Of a DNA stretch of 64,000 nt, positions 60,301 to 64,000 are shown in pieces (the first letter of the stretch is position 1; each line of letters opens with the position of its first letter). The notes beneath the pieces were generated by a model, which was given only the letters and a program-made list of their open reading frames with translations, ran no database searches and was not told the DNA's origin. A program made the translations under genes and the position numbers. The DNA comes from an uncultured bacterium (GTDB taxonomy: Bacteria > Krumholzibacteriota > Krumholzibacteriia > LZORAL124-64-63): the NCBI GenBank assembly GCA_963727525.1, contig CAVSGO010000003.1, positions 128,001 to 192,000 on the forward strand, given 5' to 3'.

Positions 60301-60610
60301 CGGCGAGTTGCACCGCGAGATTCAACCCCGTCTGGCCGCCCACGGTGGGCAGCAGGGCGTCGGGTTTCTCGGCCTCGATGATCCGCGTCACCAGGCCATC
60401 GGTGAGCGGCTCGACGTAGGTGGCGTCGGCCAGGTCCGGATCGGTCATGATGGTGGCCGGATTCGAGTTCACCAGCACGACGCGGTAGCCCTCGCGCCGC
60501 AGCGCCTTGCAGGCCTGCACGCCGGAGTAATCGAACTCGCACCCCTGCCCGATGGTGATCGGCCCCGAGCCGAGGATGAGGATGGTGCGCAGATCGTCAC
60601 GCCGCGGCAT
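57368..60610 (-). CDS. carB: Carbamoyl-phosphate synthase large subunit
   Basis: [46 protein letters not shown], duplicated ATP-grasp half, and an MGS domain. Confidence 0.97.
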
Positions 60611-60843
60611 GGGTGATCTCCCGGTAGCGTGGACCACGCCCGGGGGCGAATGACGCAAGTATTATATTTTGCATGGACTTGAACCTGATTTCGGGCCCGA
60701 GGGAGTGGCCGCGGATCGGCCGCCCGAAGGGCGATATATAGCGCATAGGTCGGCGATTATCCAGAGCGTTGTCGTCGCGTGGTCTCGCTCATCGCGCGGA
60801 TTCGTGCATATCGGGACCACGCGCTGGCGGCGCCGCCGGCGAA

Positions 60844-61886
60844 TCACGCGCCGCCATCGCGACGCCGCTGCGGTTCTGCGGTAGGACCGAGGTCTTCCTC
60901 GGCCCCGTGACCGTGTTGACCAGGCCACCACCCCGGCCGTCCGCGCCGGTGCCACAGTCGGTGGCAGGCGCTGCAGAGGGTGATGAGGTTGGCGGGATCG
61001 TTGGTGCCGCCGCGCTCGCGAGGAACGACGTGATGGATCGCGAGGAAGCGGGTGTGCTGACCGCCGGGGGTCCTGCAGCGGTGGCGGTCGCGCGCGAGGA
61101 CCTCGCGGCGGACGCGGGGCGGGATGGTGGTGGTGTTCCTCTCGCCGGGGACCGCGATGGCGGCATCGCATAGCAGGCGCTCGGCGTCCGTGCGCCCGAC
61201 GGGCCGACCACCCGCCTCCACAGCCCCGCACTCGGGGCAGAGGTGGACGTGGATTTGCACTGGTGGGCGCGCCCCCCGGGGGGCGAGTGATTCGCAAGTT
61301 GTTGCAATATTATCACTTGTGTTGTTGTCTGGCTGCCTCCCGCCAGCCAGTGATGCCAGCGCCTCGAGAAGATCCTCGGCGTTGGGCACCGTGCCGAGCC
61401 TTAGCCACAGCTTGTCGTACCGGGCCCTCTGCTCGGCCGTCATACGCATGGAGACCTGCGAGGGGACCTCGGCGGCGAGATCGGCATGTCGCGCGACGTT
61501 CGGCGGCTGATCGTCGGCACGACTGTCGGCACTGTCCAGGAGACTCCCCTGCGCCGCCCGACGGTTCCTCCGCGCCGCCGCCTCGAACCTGGCCTGGGCC
61601 ACCTTGCGATCCAGCTCGCGGCGAGACGACTGCTCGGCCTCGGCGAGCCAGGCGTCCTCGTTGCGTGGCTCGCCACCTTCACCAGCTCGCGCGCCTTGGT
61701 GTAGCCGAGGTCACCGCGAGCGACCGACTCGCGGATTTGCGGCAGTTCCTCGAGCCGCTCGGCGAGGCGCAGGAGGTCGCCCGCGGCGGCCTGCAACCGA
61801 CGATGCACGGTCTCGGCCGGCTGATTGGTCTCGAAAACGGGGTTGTACGGCGGTTCGATGGAGGGACGGTCCGACACGCGGATCAT
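60844..61886 (-). pseudogene. Frameshifted HNH endonuclease gene (DUF222/HNH-like architecture)
   Basis: The N-part (RLEELPQIRESVARGDLGYTKARELVKVA) shifts frame near 61660 into EDAWLAEA...HLCPECG...TIPPRVRREVLARDRHRCRTPGG...IHHVVPRERGGTNDPANLITLCSACH. Confidence 0.8.
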
Positions 61887-62067
61887 CGGCATGACCTCCC
61901 GGTAGAGGGCGGCCCACGGTGTCCCTGGGCTGCGATGTCAGGTCACAAGAGGCTTCTCATGTCAGATCCGCCTGCAGGCGAAGTGGGCACATCATGGACT
62001 CGGGGTGCGGCGGGCGACGTCGCTGCTCAGATCCACCATGTCGCCACCGAGAACCGGTGCTCCCGGT

Positions 62068-64000
62068 CTACTTCAGCAGCACCATCGCGCGCGTCTCCAC
62101 GTGTCCGGCGGCTTCGAGCCGGTACAGGTAGACGCCCGAGGCTACCACCGATCCGTGTTCGTCCTGGCCACGCCAGACCGCGAGGTGCGCGCCGGCGGCG
62201 ACCGGACCATCGATCAGGCTCGCGACGCGACGGCCGTGCAGGTCGTACACCGCGAGGCGGACATGGCCGGCAGCGCCCACGGCGAAGCGGATCGTGGTGG
62301 ACGGATTGAACGGGTTCGGAGCGTTCTGGGCGAGCACGAGCGGGGCGTCGAGGAGAGGCACGTCCACTGATTGGTCCAGGGTCGCGGTGATCGGGGCGTT
62401 GTCGACATCGCGTGCGATGAGCAGCGTATCGGTGAATGCCACGGCCTCCGAGAGGGTGACGCGCATCAGCTCGCCGGCGCCCGCGATGCCCGCACCGCCG
62501 CCGAGCATCACGAGCGATACGTCGAGGCGGTCGGGCTGCGTGTTGCGCAGGACGTATGGCGACGTCTGGCTGCCCAGCAGCGCGCCCGAGATCACGCTGG
62601 CCGTCACGCCGTTGGGCAGCGTGAAGCCGAAGCGTAGGCCCTTGAGATGGGGCGCGGCCGCCTGCAGTTCCAGGGCCCAGACCGTCGTGTCGACGTGACG
62701 CCAGGCGAGCAGCACGTCGCCGCCCTGAGGCGGCGGTGGCACGGGATCGCCGTAGTTGAGGCCCGCGATCATCACGTCCTCGAAGTCCACCGCGCCATCG
62801 GTGAGGGGGATGCCGTGCCCCGAGGCATCATCCGTCGGACCGAAATCGGCAATGGCGTTGAATACGGTGTCGTCGCGGGTGGTGCCGAACGCCGAGACGA
62901 GCGCGGCGATGTCCAGGGTGTCGACGATGCCGTCCAGCGGGTCGGCGATGTCGCCGAGCTGGTAGTTCGTCGCGCGGGGAGCCTCGGTGGTGCGGGCGCT
63001 CCAGTTGCCCAGCGCATCCCGTGCGAAGGCCTCGTAGGAGTAGACGCCGCGTACGGCGAGCGAGTCGACGTAGGTGCCGTCGGCCGCCGGGAGCGTGGTG
63101 ACGAGGGTCCACGTGGTGTCGGCCACGATCGCGGCATGGTCGGCCGGCCGTACCGGCGGATTGCTGCCGGGCGCGTCGTCGTACAGCGGATAAGCGGAAT
63201 TGCCGTTGCCGTCGCGCCACAGTCCGCGCCAGAGTTCGATCGCCTCGGCATCGTCGGGCACGCCATCATAAGCCACCGTGATGGCGTCGACGCCCGGCGC
63301 CGCCGTCAAGGCGGCGATGGCGTCGGGTGGCAGCACACCCATGACGTCGATGGTGACCAGAGCGGTGTTGCTCACGGCGCCGCCATCGTCGGACACGGTG
63401 TAGGAGAGCGAGTCGTCGCCTGCGAAGCCAGTGGCCGGGGTGTAGGTGATCGCGCCGGAGAGCGTGTCGACGGCAGCGGTGCCGTGCAGCGGCTCGATGA
63501 CTATGGTCACCGAGGCGGGTACGAGCACGCCAACGGCGTCGCTGTCATTGGCGAGCACGTCGATGACCACGGGGACACCGCCGGGCGTGCTGGCCGTATC
63601 TGGCAACGCGATCGGGGCCACGGCGTCGACGCTGTAGAGATAGAACTTCCCGGCATCGAGGTGCAGGGCGGTGTCGTACAGATTGGCCCCCGTGAGGAAA
63701 TCGTCGCGGCCGTCGCCGTTCTGGTCGTCGACGATGGCGGTGTTCGAGCCGAAGCGGTCGGAATCGTGCTCGCCGGTCAGGATGACGTCGGCAAGAGTGT
63801 CGGCCATGGCGGTGCCGGGCGGGTCGCCGCCGAAGAAGACGAAGGTGCGGCCGGGGCCGAAGCCGCCGGTGTCGGGCGTGGGCGCGCCGATCACCAGGTC
63901 ATCGCGGCCGTCGCCGTTGAGGTCGCCGGCGCCGGAAACCGCGCGGCCGAAGATGCCGCGGTACGTGGTGCCTGTGTAGACGAGATCGGGCAGGCCATCG
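62068..64000 (-). CDS. Large secreted protein (5' end off-window): FG-GAP repeats, Ig-like domains, dockerin-like and cohesin-like modules, FlgD-Ig CTD
   Basis: GDLNGDGRDDLVIGAP, DQNGDGRDD, IDVLANDSD...YTP..GFAGDDSLSYTVSD, GDIADPLDGIVDTLD/DGAVDFEDV, QNAPNPFNP...SGVYLYRL...MVLLK. Confidence 0.85.
   Translation of the reverse strand, partial: DGLPDLVYTGTTYRGIFGRAVSGAGDLNGDGRDDLVIGAPTPDTGGFGPGRTFVFFGGDPPGTAMADTLADVILTGEHDSDRFGSNTAIVDDQNGDGRDDFLTGANLYDTALHLDAGKFYLYSVDAVAPIALPDTASTPGGVPVVIDVLANDSDAVGVLVPASVTIVIEPLHGTAAVDTLSGAITYTPATGFAGDDSLSYTVSDDGGAVSNTALVTIDVMGVLPPDAIAALTAAPGVDAITVAYDGVPDDAEAIELWRGLWRDGNGNSAYPLYDDAPGSNPPVRPADHAAIVADTTWTLVTTLPAADGTYVDSLAVRGVYSYEAFARDALGNWSARTTEAPRATNYQLGDIADPLDGIVDTLDIAALVSAFGTTRDDTVFNAIADFGPTDDASGHGIPLTDGAVDFEDVMIAGLNYGDPVPPPPQGGDVLLAWRHVDTTVWALELQAAAPHLKGLRFGFTLPNGVTASVISGALLGSQTSPYVLRNTQPDRLDVSLVMLGGGAGIAGAGELMRVTLSEAVAFTDTLLIARDVDNAPITATLDQSVDVPLLDAPLVLAQNAPNPFNPSTTIRFAVGAAGHVRLAVYDLHGRRVASLIDGPVAAGAHLAVWRGQDEHGSVVASGVYLYRLEAAGHVETRAMVLLK

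Noticed and set aside
60655-60680. Possible ArgR box or PyrR attenuator upstream of carB
   Set aside because: Poor match to the ARG-box palindrome and no terminator/antiterminator; only a -10-like TATAAT is supportable.

Overview
High-GC bacterial DNA. It encodes many secreted proteins ending in an FlgD-Ig/'PNPFNP' C-terminal domain and one ending in 'SWSDVKSLFR', which suggests (inference only) an FCB-group lineage such as Ca. Krumholzibacteriota/Latescibacterota. In order, the window holds: a partial membrane sensor kinase; a TPR-sigma54 activator; tRNA-Asn(GTT) followed by IS debris; an atypical serine hydrolase and a TPR-S41 protein; a sigma54/two-component-controlled module encoding a signal-peptide-bearing rubrerythrin plus a DUF2231 membrane protein; an alcohol dehydrogenase; a DEAD-box helicase; two TPR Ser/Thr kinases; furA-katG; padR plus a membrane protein; several secreted or lipoprotein genes; RidA; a full and a truncated copy of an unusual IS1-like element; a cluster of decayed secreted-protein genes; a Cache-type kinase; a GH15 enzyme; a caa3 oxidase plus Rieske/cytochrome b-c operon; carB; a decayed HNH gene; and a partial FG-GAP/dockerin-like protein. 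The best candidates for undescribed biology are the exported rubrerythrin/DUF2231 module, the IS with a D-D-N-like triad, the beta-lactamase-fold protein with rewired catalytic motifs, and the two C-terminal sorting signals. All calls are by eye, without database searches.
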